Shown in pieces: positions 1 through 9,029 of a stretch of 59,895 nt of DNA. Position numbers and translations under genes: made by a program. The notes under the pieces are model-generated. The model did not search any database. It was given only the letters and a program-made list of their open reading frames with translations, and was not told the origin of the DNA. The stretch covers positions 1-59,895 of the IMG/VR virus record IMGVR_UViG_3300044799_000410; one strand, given 5' to 3'. The DNA comes from a virus. Taxonomy: Duplodnaviria > Caudoviricetes. Position 1 is the first letter of the stretch. Every line of letters starts with the position of its first letter.

Positions 1-127
1 CGATTTTCTGGGTGGGGGCGTAGAGTATTCTGATTTGTTCCCCTTCTATGGAGAATGGCAACACGGCGGAGCACAAACTACCCACAATAATCCCTGCATA
101 CGCGACGCGCCGGCTGCTGCAGAATTC
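1..127. repeat. Terminal direct repeat, left copy (circular assembly overlap)
   Basis: Bases 1-127 are identical to 59769-59895; 127 is a common assembler k-mer length; a reading frame runs straight through the junction. Confidence 0.95.
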
Positions 128-214
128 GTGGTAACTGTTATAGCTTCCGATAGTATCCCTGTTCCATGGGTTGTGAGTCTCGGCCCGCTTGTTATATATA
201 ACGTGTGCCTATGA
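1..214 (+). CDS. 3' end of the large tail protein that starts at 57019 (wraps the junction)
   Basis: Frame continues ...AAAEF VVTVIASDSIPVPWVVSLGPLVIYNVCL to TGA at 212-214, overlapping the next ATG (ATGA). Confidence 0.85.
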   Translation, partial: DFLGGGVEYSDLFPFYGEWQHGGAQTTHNNPCIRDAPAAAEFVVTVIASDSIPVPWVVSLGPLVIYNVCL

Positions 215-2070
215 AGATAACCAGTGTTGTAGCCAAGCGGTTTGGGAACTACCAAACGAAGCCATCTGTTCTTTATGGCGTTATTGGTGACCTTTCAACT
301 AGCATTATAGAAGTGCCAAACAAAACATCAATGATTTATGTGACGCTTGAGCATTCTGGAATAGTTCTTCCTAACATTCTAAACGTTCGCGTACCTAATC
401 TATTAGGTACGCGAGTTAAGATCGGCTTTGACCCGATTACCTTCCCTGGTATCTTACAAGTTTTGGGGATACGGGATCTATATTATAAGGATGTTGATAA
501 CCCAGGGATTGGACCTGTCTGGCATCATAAGCAGCATGAATGGCCAAATCCAGATGCTGTCTACTCTCGGGGCGAACAACTTCTTCCGTCTATGTATTAT
601 CCTATCGCCGGTACGTTGACCGCAGGTATTTACCCTAACGCATACCGTCTAAGTACAGGCTGGAAGGTTGTTGACCAGATAACTATTGTCAGTCTAGCAG
701 CTAGTGTAGCATCCATTACCAGTGGGAACGCTATGTGTGCTCTTATCGTTGTAGATGATAGTGGTACTTTTGTGGCTCGGCCTGGTGCCCTTGTAGCAGA
801 ACAAGCATCCCCATTCATCTCAGCATATATGATGCTAACCGATGCCGATATTCCAGAGCCCGTGGCCGGAGACCATACAATCTGTGGAGTTAAATTATAC
901 TACGGCCAAACTACTCTACGCTGTAATGGCAACGTTAACGATTTCATCGACCTACGTTTTTCCGGTGCAAGTGGTGGTGGTAGTGGAGGACACATAATTA
1001 TGGACGAGGGGGAAGCACTTCCTGCCGAACCCAATCTTGACTTTGCTGGGGACGGGGTTACTGTTACAGATGTTCCAGGCGACAGTAAGTCTCTTGTGAC
1101 AATTCCAGGCAGTGCAGGAGATGTTACTGGCCCAGACACCAACACGGATAACTATATTCCGCAGTGGGATGGGGCAGATTCCAAGGCATTGAAGGATGGT
1201 CTGTTACTCGTCACCAGCGTAGGAAGTCCGGGAGATGATACGAGTATTGCCACCGAGAAAGCCATACGCACAGCGATTGCTGCAATCATTGCGGCTGCCG
1301 ATGCATGGGTTTTCGTAGGGGTAATAAATTGTTCTGGGAATCCTGACTATCCAGCGGCAGATTGTGGGCACACTTATCGAGTATCGGTGGCTGGGAAGAT
1401 TGGTGGAGTATCTGGCCCGAATGTTGAAGTTGCCGATATACTGCTATGCACTCATGATGGGACGGCCTCAGGGAATCACGCCACCGTAGGATCATATTGG
1501 GAAATCATCCAGGCAAATATCGATGGCGCAGTCATCGGACCGGTTTCTGCTACAGATGGTCATCTGGCTCTCTTTGATGGGGCATCGGGAAAACTTATCA
1601 AGGATGGGGGGGCGCCTAGTGGTGGGGACGTTGTTGGCCCTGCGGGTGCGACAAGTGGTCATCTTGCCACGTATGATGGAGCTACTGGTAAATTAATCAA
1701 GGATGGAGGCGCTATCCCATCAACGGTACGTATGCTCGTCTTTACCGTTGAGAACCTATTGACTATTGGTACTGGTGTAGTTCGTATCTACAACAAATCG
1801 GGGGCAGCGATAACTATTTCTCAGGTATTCATTGCAGTTAATACTGCGCCGACTGGATCGACAATTATCGTGGATATTGATAAGAATGGGACTACCATTT
1901 TCACAAACCAAGCGAACCGCCCGGTGATCAATGCTAGCGCTTTCACCGGTTTTTCGACAAGTATTGATGTTCCTGCTTTAGCCGATGGTGATTACCTGAC
2001 CTCAGATATAGATCAGATAGGAAGTACCATCGCTGGCGCTAATCTAACCGTTCATGTGATCTATAGTTAG
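211..2070 (+). CDS. Tail fibre / minor tail structural protein
   Basis: Gly/Ala/Thr-rich; three internal repeats of type V.GP..AT.GHLA.FDGA.GKLIKDGG; position in tail module; ATG 211 coupled to upstream stop. Confidence 0.75.
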   Translation: MKITSVVAKRFGNYQTKPSVLYGVIGDLSTSIIEVPNKTSMIYVTLEHSGIVLPNILNVRVPNLLGTRVKIGFDPITFPGILQVLGIRDLYYKDVDNPGIGPVWHHKQHEWPNPDAVYSRGEQLLPSMYYPIAGTLTAGIYPNAYRLSTGWKVVDQITIVSLAASVASITSGNAMCALIVVDDSGTFVARPGALVAEQASPFISAYMMLTDADIPEPVAGDHTICGVKLYYGQTTLRCNGNVNDFIDLRFSGASGGGSGGHIIMDEGEALPAEPNLDFAGDGVTVTDVPGDSKSLVTIPGSAGDVTGPDTNTDNYIPQWDGADSKALKDGLLLVTSVGSPGDDTSIATEKAIRTAIAAIIAAADAWVFVGVINCSGNPDYPAADCGHTYRVSVAGKIGGVSGPNVEVADILLCTHDGTASGNHATVGSYWEIIQANIDGAVIGPVSATDGHLALFDGASGKLIKDGGAPSGGDVVGPAGATSGHLATYDGATGKLIKDGGAIPSTVRMLVFTVENLLTIGTGVVRIYNKSGAAITISQVFIAVNTAPTGSTIIVDIDKNGTTIFTNQANRPVINASAFTGFSTSIDVPALADGDYLTSDIDQIGSTIAGANLTVHVIYS

Positions 2071-2079
2071 GAGAACAAA

Positions 2080-3090
2080 ATGACTCGATTGTATACAGAC
2101 GGTGCAGAGAGTGGCGATACTCTTAGATTAAATATTTCGTATACTACTGCTTCTACTGCTGCTAAACGGACTGGATCATATTCGTATCGTACAGATAATA
2201 TAACTCCGTCTGTCAAAGTCTTGCCATCTACGGCCTCGGAGTTATATATTCGGGTTGCCGGTCTTGTACCCACCAACGATACTGGAGACCGCGGTGAAAG
2301 ACAGCCCATCATTTGGAGAGCGGCAGACAATACACAACTTGGTGCGATCCGAATTATTAACGGTCTTTCTTCGATAAAAGCATATGTGGGAGGTACTGTG
2401 GTTGCCACGGCAACCGGTTGTTCAATTCTTGCAAATGAATGGCATGTTTATGAAGTACATATTCTATGTTCAACCAATCCGGCAGTTGGGAAAATTCAGA
2501 TAAAATTCGATGGTACGTTGGTTCTTGATTTCACCGGCAATACGGGTACTGCTGGTGTGACCATTGCACAGTTTGCTTTTACAACCGGCTATGGAGGCAG
2601 TGGTGCTGAAGATGATATTGCCGTCAATGATACGGTTGGCGCAGTTGATAATTCCTGGTGTGGGGATGGTGGCGTGCTGGCAGCTTTGGTGCCAATGACA
2701 GGGGCAGCCACATATTCAGATTTGATCGCCAGCACCGGAAATGCCTGGGCCTGTGTGGACGAGATCCCTGCCAATAGCACCGATTACGTCTACGAGTCTA
2801 CGGTGAATAAGAAATCTACTTATATCATGGTTGATTTAGTTGGATTGCCCTCAGGGGCTTCTATTCCAAGAGTATGGGTGGAGTTAGACGCTCTGGAGAC
2901 CTCGGCAGCCGGAGACAAGATCGCCACATTCCTGCGTAGTGGTGCGACAGATGCGCAGGGAGCAGACCAAAGTCTAACGATTGCCTATGCACGTTACATA
3001 TCTGCCGAATACCTGACGGATCCACAGGATGCGGCTGCCTGGACATTAGCCAAAGTAAATGCACTCGAAGCTGGAGCGATTGTGAGGTAG
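2080..3090 (+). CDS. Virion structural protein with beta-sandwich (LamG/ConA-like) N-terminal domain
   Basis: SD GGAG; beta-rich; NEWHVYEVH...GKIQIKFDG motif typical of lectin-like tail domains. Confidence 0.6.
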   Translation: MTRLYTDGAESGDTLRLNISYTTASTAAKRTGSYSYRTDNITPSVKVLPSTASELYIRVAGLVPTNDTGDRGERQPIIWRAADNTQLGAIRIINGLSSIKAYVGGTVVATATGCSILANEWHVYEVHILCSTNPAVGKIQIKFDGTLVLDFTGNTGTAGVTIAQFAFTTGYGGSGAEDDIAVNDTVGAVDNSWCGDGGVLAALVPMTGAATYSDLIASTGNAWACVDEIPANSTDYVYESTVNKKSTYIMVDLVGLPSGASIPRVWVELDALETSAAGDKIATFLRSGATDAQGADQSLTIAYARYISAEYLTDPQDAAAWTLAKVNALEAGAIVR

Positions 3091-3094
3091 AAGT

Positions 3095-3307
3095 ATGTCT
3101 GACCGTAGAGTTACTCAAGTTCTTACGGATGTTGAATATGCTACTCCTACCAACGTCAGACAAGCTACACAAGTGTTGGCGATGGTAGAATATAAAACTC
3201 CTACCAATTTCCGACAGATTACTCAAGTGCTGATTCAAGTTGAGTACTCCCGGCCATACTTTTCCACTACCCTCCGAAAACTCGGGCCTCCTGCGCAAAC
3301 TGTTTAG
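3095..3307 (+). CDS. Small tail-region protein with three 18-aa repeats
   Basis: SD GAGG; repeats RRVTQVLTDVEY / RQATQVLAMVEY / RQITQVLIQVEY. Confidence 0.7.
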   Translation: MSDRRVTQVLTDVEYATPTNVRQATQVLAMVEYKTPTNFRQITQVLIQVEYSRPYFSTTLRKLGPPAQTV

Positions 3308-3327
3308 AAATCGCTATAAGATAAACA

Positions 3328-4125
3328 ATGAAGATTACCAACGAAGGCATAAAGAGATTTATGCAGGCAGTCCGTGCCGAAATAGAATGCCACCGGAGGA
3401 CGGTCAATTTGTGGTTCCTGGCCAGTTTGATCGCCCTGATCGCGGTTTTGCTGATTGGCTCACTGCAATTGCGCGTTGCCAGTTTGCGGTTCCAGCCAGT
3501 TCCGGTCGTGGATTACCAAGCAACAATGAACCGGGAAGGCGTGTTAACTGCCGCCCCACAGATAGCAGAGACACTGCGAGCGGAATATAAAACCTCTACA
3601 CCCACATCAACACTTAGTCCTACCATCACGCCAACTCTGGTATCCACTGCCCCCGTCTCTGATGGATATTTCTGGCATGGCAAGTATTGGATCCCTGGTG
3701 TGATGTCCTACAAAACTTTGCGTTTATCAATGCCGGATTTAACAATTGGGATAGCGGTTTCTTATGCTCCCGGTGTGATGGAGGAAGTTGCACGTAACAC
3801 AGGCCGCCTCTACGACGGATATGCGGGGGCTGTGGCTTTGGAGTTATGCGCCGATGTTGAAGATTCGGTCTGGCTTCGACGTCCTGGGCATGATTGGGAA
3901 GGGCCGTTTCTGGTGATTGACTGCGCCAGACCCGAAGATCTATACGGCAATATAGTCTACGATGGAATTGTAGTAGAAGTAGACTACAATACAGCAGTCC
4001 GATGGGATTCTCTTATCACTCTCGGGATAGTGGTGTCCAAATTGCCACCGGGACAGATTGCTGGAGAACCAAGAGATTTCAGGCTGTGGTTCTTGCAGCA
4101 CGTGGAGTTTGAGGAGCAGCCATGA
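3328..4125 (+). CDS. Membrane-anchored protein with Thr/Pro linker and possible DPBB (RlpA/3D-like) domain
   Basis: Hydrophobic helix at about aa 28-48; TPTSTLSPTITPT linker; GPFLVIDCA and VEVDY motifs; directly upstream of the endolysin. Confidence 0.5.
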   Translation: MKITNEGIKRFMQAVRAEIECHRRTVNLWFLASLIALIAVLLIGSLQLRVASLRFQPVPVVDYQATMNREGVLTAAPQIAETLRAEYKTSTPTSTLSPTITPTLVSTAPVSDGYFWHGKYWIPGVMSYKTLRLSMPDLTIGIAVSYAPGVMEEVARNTGRLYDGYAGAVALELCADVEDSVWLRRPGHDWEGPFLVIDCARPEDLYGNIVYDGIVVEVDYNTAVRWDSLITLGIVVSKLPPGQIAGEPRDFRLWFLQHVEFEEQP

Positions 4126-5087
4126 ATTACATGCTAGACACATCTCTCTATGATTGTCGTCGGTATGTGTGGCCGACTGGTTATATCTATGATCTTCCCA
4201 TTAACTGGAAAGCTGGGGAAGCCATTGGCCTAACCTGTGCTATGATAAAGGCTGGGGAAGCGCTGCATGAGGATCCTGCCTTTCGGATGAATTGGAAAGG
4301 CGCGCAGGGACGGCCCAGGGAGGCGTACTGGTTCTTCCGCCAAAATGTCAATGCCATTGTTCAGGCGCAAAAATTTCTGTCCATCATCTTGGATGACTGG
4401 ACTGAAAGCGACTTGGCAACCGCAGATTGGGAAACAACGGATGGGATAGATCTCCCCAGTTGTCTCAGAAATGGCGGGTCATTTCTGTACGAAGTCGAGA
4501 AAATCCTGGGCAAACCTCCCGCAATCTGCACCTTCCCTGCCTACTGGAAAGCGATGGGCGGAGAAACTGCAACCAGTTTCAAGCATTACCCATTGCACGT
4601 ATCACAGTGGCCACTCGACAACTGGATCGCAAACCTCAAATTACCACCCTATTCTTTTAATAAACAAAGACTCGCCGACTTCAAAGCACGCATCGAGTCA
4701 GGCAATCTGAAACCGATGAATCTTCTTCCGTGGGGGAACGATATAACCGTCTGGCAATTCACCGCCAGAGCGTGGACGAAAGACATACCTGGTCATCCGG
4801 CAATCAAACTTGTCGCTGACATGAATGTGATACTCAAACCATGGTGGACTGGTATCGTTCCCCCACCTATTATTCCTCCTGTGATTCCCTCAAAGACATA
4901 TTTTGTCAACATTGGCGCGGCGAATGTACGCGCTGGGCCGAGTTCTGCAAACGTCATTCTGGGAACTATCGCAAAAAATACGAGGGTGATGGTGGATATA
5001 ACTACAGGCGAATACTCTCACTTCCTCCCTCAGCCACCGTACCTCGTGGGCGCATGGATATACAGTCGATTCCTGACACCAGTATAG
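4122..5087 (+). CDS. Endolysin, GH25 muramidase with C-terminal SH3b domain
   Basis: LDTSLY, IKAGE, AYWFF, ADWE, WQFT, DMN GH25 motifs; ANVRAGPS SH3b motif after a Pro-rich linker. Confidence 0.85.
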   Translation: MNYMLDTSLYDCRRYVWPTGYIYDLPINWKAGEAIGLTCAMIKAGEALHEDPAFRMNWKGAQGRPREAYWFFRQNVNAIVQAQKFLSIILDDWTESDLATADWETTDGIDLPSCLRNGGSFLYEVEKILGKPPAICTFPAYWKAMGGETATSFKHYPLHVSQWPLDNWIANLKLPPYSFNKQRLADFKARIESGNLKPMNLLPWGNDITVWQFTARAWTKDIPGHPAIKLVADMNVILKPWWTGIVPPPIIPPVIPSKTYFVNIGAANVRAGPSSANVILGTIAKNTRVMVDITTGEYSHFLPQPPYLVGAWIYSRFLTPV

Positions 5088-5096
5088 GAGCACATT

Positions 5097-5324
5097 ATGA
5101 CAACCCAATTATCAAGAATTGAAGGTTTACTAACAGAGAATCTCACGAAGATCGAGGCCAGAGTCACTGCTGTCGAAATAGACAATGGCAAGTTGGGGGT
5201 GACTGTTGCGTCGAACTGCGTTGAGATAATGGCTCTTAGGAAGGCTAACGTTGTATGGTCCTCCGTAAACTCAGTCCTTATCATCATAGGTGGAATCATC
5301 ATGTTGGTTTTGAGAGGAAGCTAG
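5097..5324 (+). CDS. Small lysis-module protein (coiled coil plus C-terminal TM; holin-like)
   Basis: SD AGGAG; C-terminal hydrophobic helix; follows endolysin. Confidence 0.55.
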   Translation: MTTQLSRIEGLLTENLTKIEARVTAVEIDNGKLGVTVASNCVEIMALRKANVVWSSVNSVLIIIGGIIMLVLRGS

Positions 5325-5379
5325 TTTATCAACCGGCGCTAGCACAGACCGGATTTAGGATTTAGAAAAGGAGTGTAAG

Positions 5380-5727
5380 ATGTTAGACACATTTGTTGCC
5401 CTCACTATCCAGTTCGTCTCCCTGTTGGGAGTGGCTGCGCTAGTCGCGGTCCTCGTGAACACGCTGAAGGTCGTCGGTGTGATCAAGGATGGTACTGCTG
5501 CCTACTGGGCCTCGGGCCTCGGTTTGGCCGCATTCGTAACCGTGGCCGTATTGGGCATCTTCCGGCCAGATCTGTCGTTGGTCTTTCTGGATCAGGCTGC
5601 CCTTAAGATTGCTACCGTTCTGACGTTCATCCTGGGGTTCATTACGCAAATTGCCGCAGCCCCCTTGTTCCACAGAGCCTTGAGCGCTGGTAGCATTCCC
5701 GTCATCGGCAAAACATTCAGTTCTTGA
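5380..5727 (+). CDS. Holin-like membrane protein
   Basis: SD AAGGAG; three hydrophobic helices; end of lysis module. Confidence 0.7.
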   Translation: MLDTFVALTIQFVSLLGVAALVAVLVNTLKVVGVIKDGTAAYWASGLGLAAFVTVAVLGIFRPDLSLVFLDQAALKIATVLTFILGFITQIAAAPLFHRALSAGSIPVIGKTFSS

Positions 5728-5749
5728 AGTAACCAATCCAGAGTATAAT
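5721..5749 (+). promoter_or_regulatory. Putative sigma70-type promoter pointing at the origin region
   Basis: TTCTTG-17 bp-TATAAT. Confidence 0.4.
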
Positions 5750-5788
5750 TGGCTTCTCCTCAGTTTGACCCTGGCTGGTCCCCAGGCC

Positions 5789-5821
5789 AAAGGTCCCTCA
5801 TTCCAGATGAGGGACCTTTTT
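5789..5821 (+). terminator. Rho-independent terminator ending the late/lysis transcript
   Basis: 13-bp stem AAAGGTCCCTCAT/ATGAGGGACCTTT ending in a T run. Confidence 0.85.
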
Positions 5822-5833
5822 GATCTTCGAGTC

Positions 5834-6105
5834 TATTCTTTATCATCATATTAAATGATATGTATATATAGTAGTCGTAGTAGGGCCTGTGGATAAGTGG
5901 AAAACTTTTTTGCGCCCACGAAAATTCCCAATATCTGGCTTCTCCTTTCTTTTGTCCCCCTTCTATGGCGGGGGTTTGGTTAGAAGTTCTCCACAGGCGA
6001 ACTGTGGAGGAAATTCTAATAACCTGTGTAAAGTATTGAAAAATGATATTTAATGATATTTCATTGATATATGTGTGGTAAACGTGTGGTGAACTATGTG
6101 GTAAA
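5834..6105 (-). other. oriC-like replication origin (AT-rich DUE, DnaA-trios, GC cluster, DnaA-box cluster)
   Basis: Minus strand has TTTTCCACT overlapping TTATCCACA by 1 nt, then GGCCC TAC TAC GAC TAC TA and an AT-rich tract; perfect box 5888-5896; weaker boxes at 5987, 6003, 6025, 6074, 6085, 6097. Confidence 0.8.
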
Positions 6106-6113
6106 ATTGTTAT

Positions 6114-6557
6114 ATGGACGAAACATCGATTGAGGCTCTTGTTTTTAAACGAGTAATAGGATTATTGCAAGAGTTGGGACCCGTAATTATGTCTCATCTC
6201 CAAACTATAGGCGTTCTTGGAGAGCTTTTAGTTTATCAACATCTTCTTAAAATAAAGAACGATTCTATTCATATTCAATATCCAACACAAGATTCAAGTT
6301 ATGACATTCTTTTTGGTGACGAAAGAATTGAAGTAAAAACAGCCTTACAAAACGATAATGAAAGTTATTGCATAATTATTAGAAAAAACAAAGATAAGTT
6401 TGATCATCCTTTGTTTGACAGGCTTATTGTTGTACTTTTGGAATCTCCAATGGCTAAACCCGTTTTTATAGAAATAGATCAAGATAGTGCTTTGAATCAC
6501 ACTGGGTTTAATTCTGATTTGGAGGGATTCAAGAAGAGGTTCAAGGTTCTGGACTAA
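6114..6557 (+). CDS. PD-(D/E)XK family nuclease-like protein
   Basis: GVLGE...SYDI...IEVK motif; AT-rich; extended -10 TGGTAAAAT 6 nt before ATG (leaderless). Confidence 0.65.
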   Translation: MDETSIEALVFKRVIGLLQELGPVIMSHLQTIGVLGELLVYQHLLKIKNDSIHIQYPTQDSSYDILFGDERIEVKTALQNDNESYCIIIRKNKDKFDHPLFDRLIVVLLESPMAKPVFIEIDQDSALNHTGFNSDLEGFKKRFKVLD

Positions 6558-6946
6558 TTTTTTCCCCTTCTTTCCGGTGAAATTTCTGCCGTTCTTTTCT
6601 GAAAGGCGTTCAATGATTGTCCTTGGGGATCTGGAAGTGATTCGAAGGCCTCCTTATATCTCTGCCAGCCAGTTTCGGTGATAAACCAGGGATTGAGCCA
6701 ATCCACGCAACGTATTTTATGATCCTTCGCCATTTGGTAGGCTATTTCTGGAGGCCAATCATAGGGCGGACCTCCAAAAACCGTCATGATACAAGGTGGC
6801 AATTTGTCTGAGAATTGTTCCAGCAACAGTCTCTTCTTGGTCGGGAGACTGGCCACCAATTGCCGCATCTCATACGCCCAGGCATACCAATTCCCTCGAA
6901 TGCGTTCCAGTTCTGCCTTGTCATGAATTATTCTGAGTCGAGGCAT
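6554..6946 (-). CDS. Hypothetical protein
   Basis: 130-aa ORF at the end of the leftward operon. Confidence 0.6.
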   Translation of the reverse strand: MPRLRIIHDKAELERIRGNWYAWAYEMRQLVASLPTKKRLLLEQFSDKLPPCIMTVFGGPPYDWPPEIAYQMAKDHKIRCVDWLNPWFITETGWQRYKEAFESLPDPQGQSLNAFQKRTAEISPERRGKN

Positions 6947-7397
6947 TTTTGATCCCAGTTATTTGTTTCGCCGCCAATTTTCCCATCCGGTTATAAGAGA
7001 GAGATTTAACCGGTTTGGTAATCTCGTGTGCCGCCAAAAATGCGACCACTTCATCCATCTGTCTTGGATCAAAATGCACCTGACGCCGTGATTGTGGCAC
7101 CTTCTGATGACAGGTCGGACAAATAGGAGAGAATCCTAAACGGATCCTGGTTGATCTTCTGGCTGGTTCGTAATTTTGATCAATAATTTTTTTCGCCAAT
7201 CCGGGAGATGGCGAACCATCCGGTCCAATAATCTTGGTTCTTTTGGCCACATCTTGCCATTTCAGTTTTAGGTCATAACGTAAATGCTGCCCTTCCGCAG
7301 CCCTTTTTGCAACTTCGGTTGATTGGAGTATGACCATAAAATTAGGTATTTTCGCAATTTTGGCGTTTTCAGGTAGTACGGGTCGCAATAATGACAT
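6921..7397 (-). CDS. Hypothetical DNA-binding protein (possible HTH plus CxxC)
   Basis: LKWQDVAKRT...PGLAKKII segment and CPTC. Confidence 0.5.
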   Translation of the reverse strand: MSLLRPVLPENAKIAKIPNFMVILQSTEVAKRAAEGQHLRYDLKLKWQDVAKRTKIIGPDGSPSPGLAKKIIDQNYEPARRSTRIRLGFSPICPTCHQKVPQSRRQVHFDPRQMDEVVAFLAAHEITKPVKSLSYNRMGKLAAKQITGIKNASTQNNS

Positions 7398-7438
7398 GGG
7401 TCTATCCTTGACCTTTTACAAGTCGTAAAGAGGTATTT

Positions 7439-7837
7439 TTAAGGTCTCGTGGAATTTTGATGAGAAACTTTTTGGTCGATTTTAGCCTGTTTTTCCATTG
7501 TAATTTTCCGAATTTCGACAATTGAAAAAACATGGATCCATTTTCCCCATCCATCATCTTCAATGAAAATAGAAGGCGTCGGTGCCCAATAAGGCCAACC
7601 ATCATACATTCCGATCTTGATAACTTTTCCCCATCCAGATCTGGGAGACCCTCCATAATCAGTCGCTTCATATTTTCCTGGGCTCGCTTCGAGGATATGC
7701 AAGTATTCGATATTCCTGGCCAGGATTTTGGGATTCATTGATCCTCCATGATCCCAATCGTGGATTTGGAAATTGTAGGTCCAGTCGATTTTTCCCAGAT
7801 ATTCTCCGACCCGACAGACTTGCATATAAGTTTTCAT
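7439..7837 (-). CDS. Hypothetical protein
   Basis: Start MKTYMQ coupled to upstream stop by ATGA overlap. Confidence 0.55.
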   Translation of the reverse strand: MKTYMQVCRVGEYLGKIDWTYNFQIHDWDHGGSMNPKILARNIEYLHILEASPGKYEATDYGGSPRSGWGKVIKIGMYDGWPYWAPTPSIFIEDDGWGKWIHVFSIVEIRKITMEKQAKIDQKVSHQNSTRP

Positions 7838-8250
7838 GGCTTTGCCTTTTCCGAAACGTCCGGTAAATCCGGGACCTTTTCTTCCCACACCTCCACCTCA
7901 TCTTCATATTCAGTGCCATCATAAGAGAATATCTCTTGATGGGGAACGAATCCTTTTGCTTCCAGAATGGCCTGCATCCTGGGAAGAGGTGTGGGGATGG
8001 CTATTCTGTAACCTTTCTCCTTGATAGCCCTGAATAAAGCCGACAAATTCCCTTGTCCCTGGTTAATAGAAATGATTGCAGAGATTAAGATCCGGTTTCC
8101 CTTCTTCCAGAGATAGGATCCAGGCAGATTAATATTATCGCTGCCGGCGAATTTATCGCTGGTAAATCCGATTGACTTACCGAAAGGACTATCCAATTTG
8201 ATCATCCCATTATTGAAGGAATGCCGGCCACGTGATGAAGTTCTAGTCAT
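7834..8250 (-). CDS. Hypothetical protein, possible GNAT-like fold
   Basis: ISAIIS..QGQG..SALF and ILEAKGF resemble GNAT acetyl-CoA motifs; ATGA coupling. Confidence 0.4.
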   Translation of the reverse strand: MTRTSSRGRHSFNNGMIKLDSPFGKSIGFTSDKFAGSDNINLPGSYLWKKGNRILISAIISINQGQGNLSALFRAIKEKGYRIAIPTPLPRMQAILEAKGFVPHQEIFSYDGTEYEDEVEVWEEKVPDLPDVSEKAKP

Positions 8251-9026
8251 TTGTACCAATCCGCCGGGAATTCCCGAATACGTAGATCTTCCGGGAAGTC
8301 ATCCAAATTTTCAAGTTTTGTCGGTCCTCCGAGTTGTTTAGAAAACCAACTAATACCGGAAACCTCTTGTTTTACCCGTCGCATGAGATCCACCGAGACC
8401 GGTTTCTTTCCGGCTCCAGATTGTCCACCAAAAACAACCCATGAAAAGTATCCTTTCACTCCTCTTAAATCAATATATTCTAAAGCTGGTTCATACGAAA
8501 TGAAAGGTAATTTGGGCCAACCCCAATATTTCATCATCTCAGCTAGGCGGATGCGCGTTATTCTGGATGTAATACTTATTCCTGGAACCAAGTTTTTCGG
8601 CCATAGACCCCGTGTCTCCAGATATTGAGCGAACTGAACCATGCGGTTTGCATGTTTCGTCGGCCATAAATACAGGTGGGGTGTGTCCCGCACGACGGTA
8701 ATCACCTCCTGGAGAAGATAATCGAAATCCGCCAAAATAGCATCGGACATATCCGATATAAAGACGATCCGCGGCAGTCTGTTAAGCCAGGGCTTGTCAA
8801 TCCGATTCTTTCCACGCAGATCAGGCCAATTTCTACAAACTTTCATCCGGCCAGGTTTCAGATCTACTTCTGGAGATTGGAAGGATATATCAGGGTGCCA
8901 GCGAGACCACATGATCCCAGCATAACATTCGTGTATGCCGGTCTTGTCATTCCAGAGTTCACAACCGATACATCGTTCGGTGGGATTTATTGAAGAATCA
9001 CACCAATTTACGCCGGAATCTTTCAT
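8247..9026 (-). CDS. DUF5131 (phage Gp37/Gp68) family three-Cys protein
   Basis: NWCDSSINP..C..C...CYA, VFISDMSD, ISYEPAL, WVVFGGQSG, KQLG, REFP. Confidence 0.85.
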   Translation of the reverse strand: MKDSGVNWCDSSINPTERCIGCELWNDKTGIHECYAGIMWSRWHPDISFQSPEVDLKPGRMKVCRNWPDLRGKNRIDKPWLNRLPRIVFISDMSDAILADFDYLLQEVITVVRDTPHLYLWPTKHANRMVQFAQYLETRGLWPKNLVPGISITSRITRIRLAEMMKYWGWPKLPFISYEPALEYIDLRGVKGYFSWVVFGGQSGAGKKPVSVDLMRRVKQEVSGISWFSKQLGGPTKLENLDDFPEDLRIREFPADWYK

Positions 9027-9029
9027 GGA

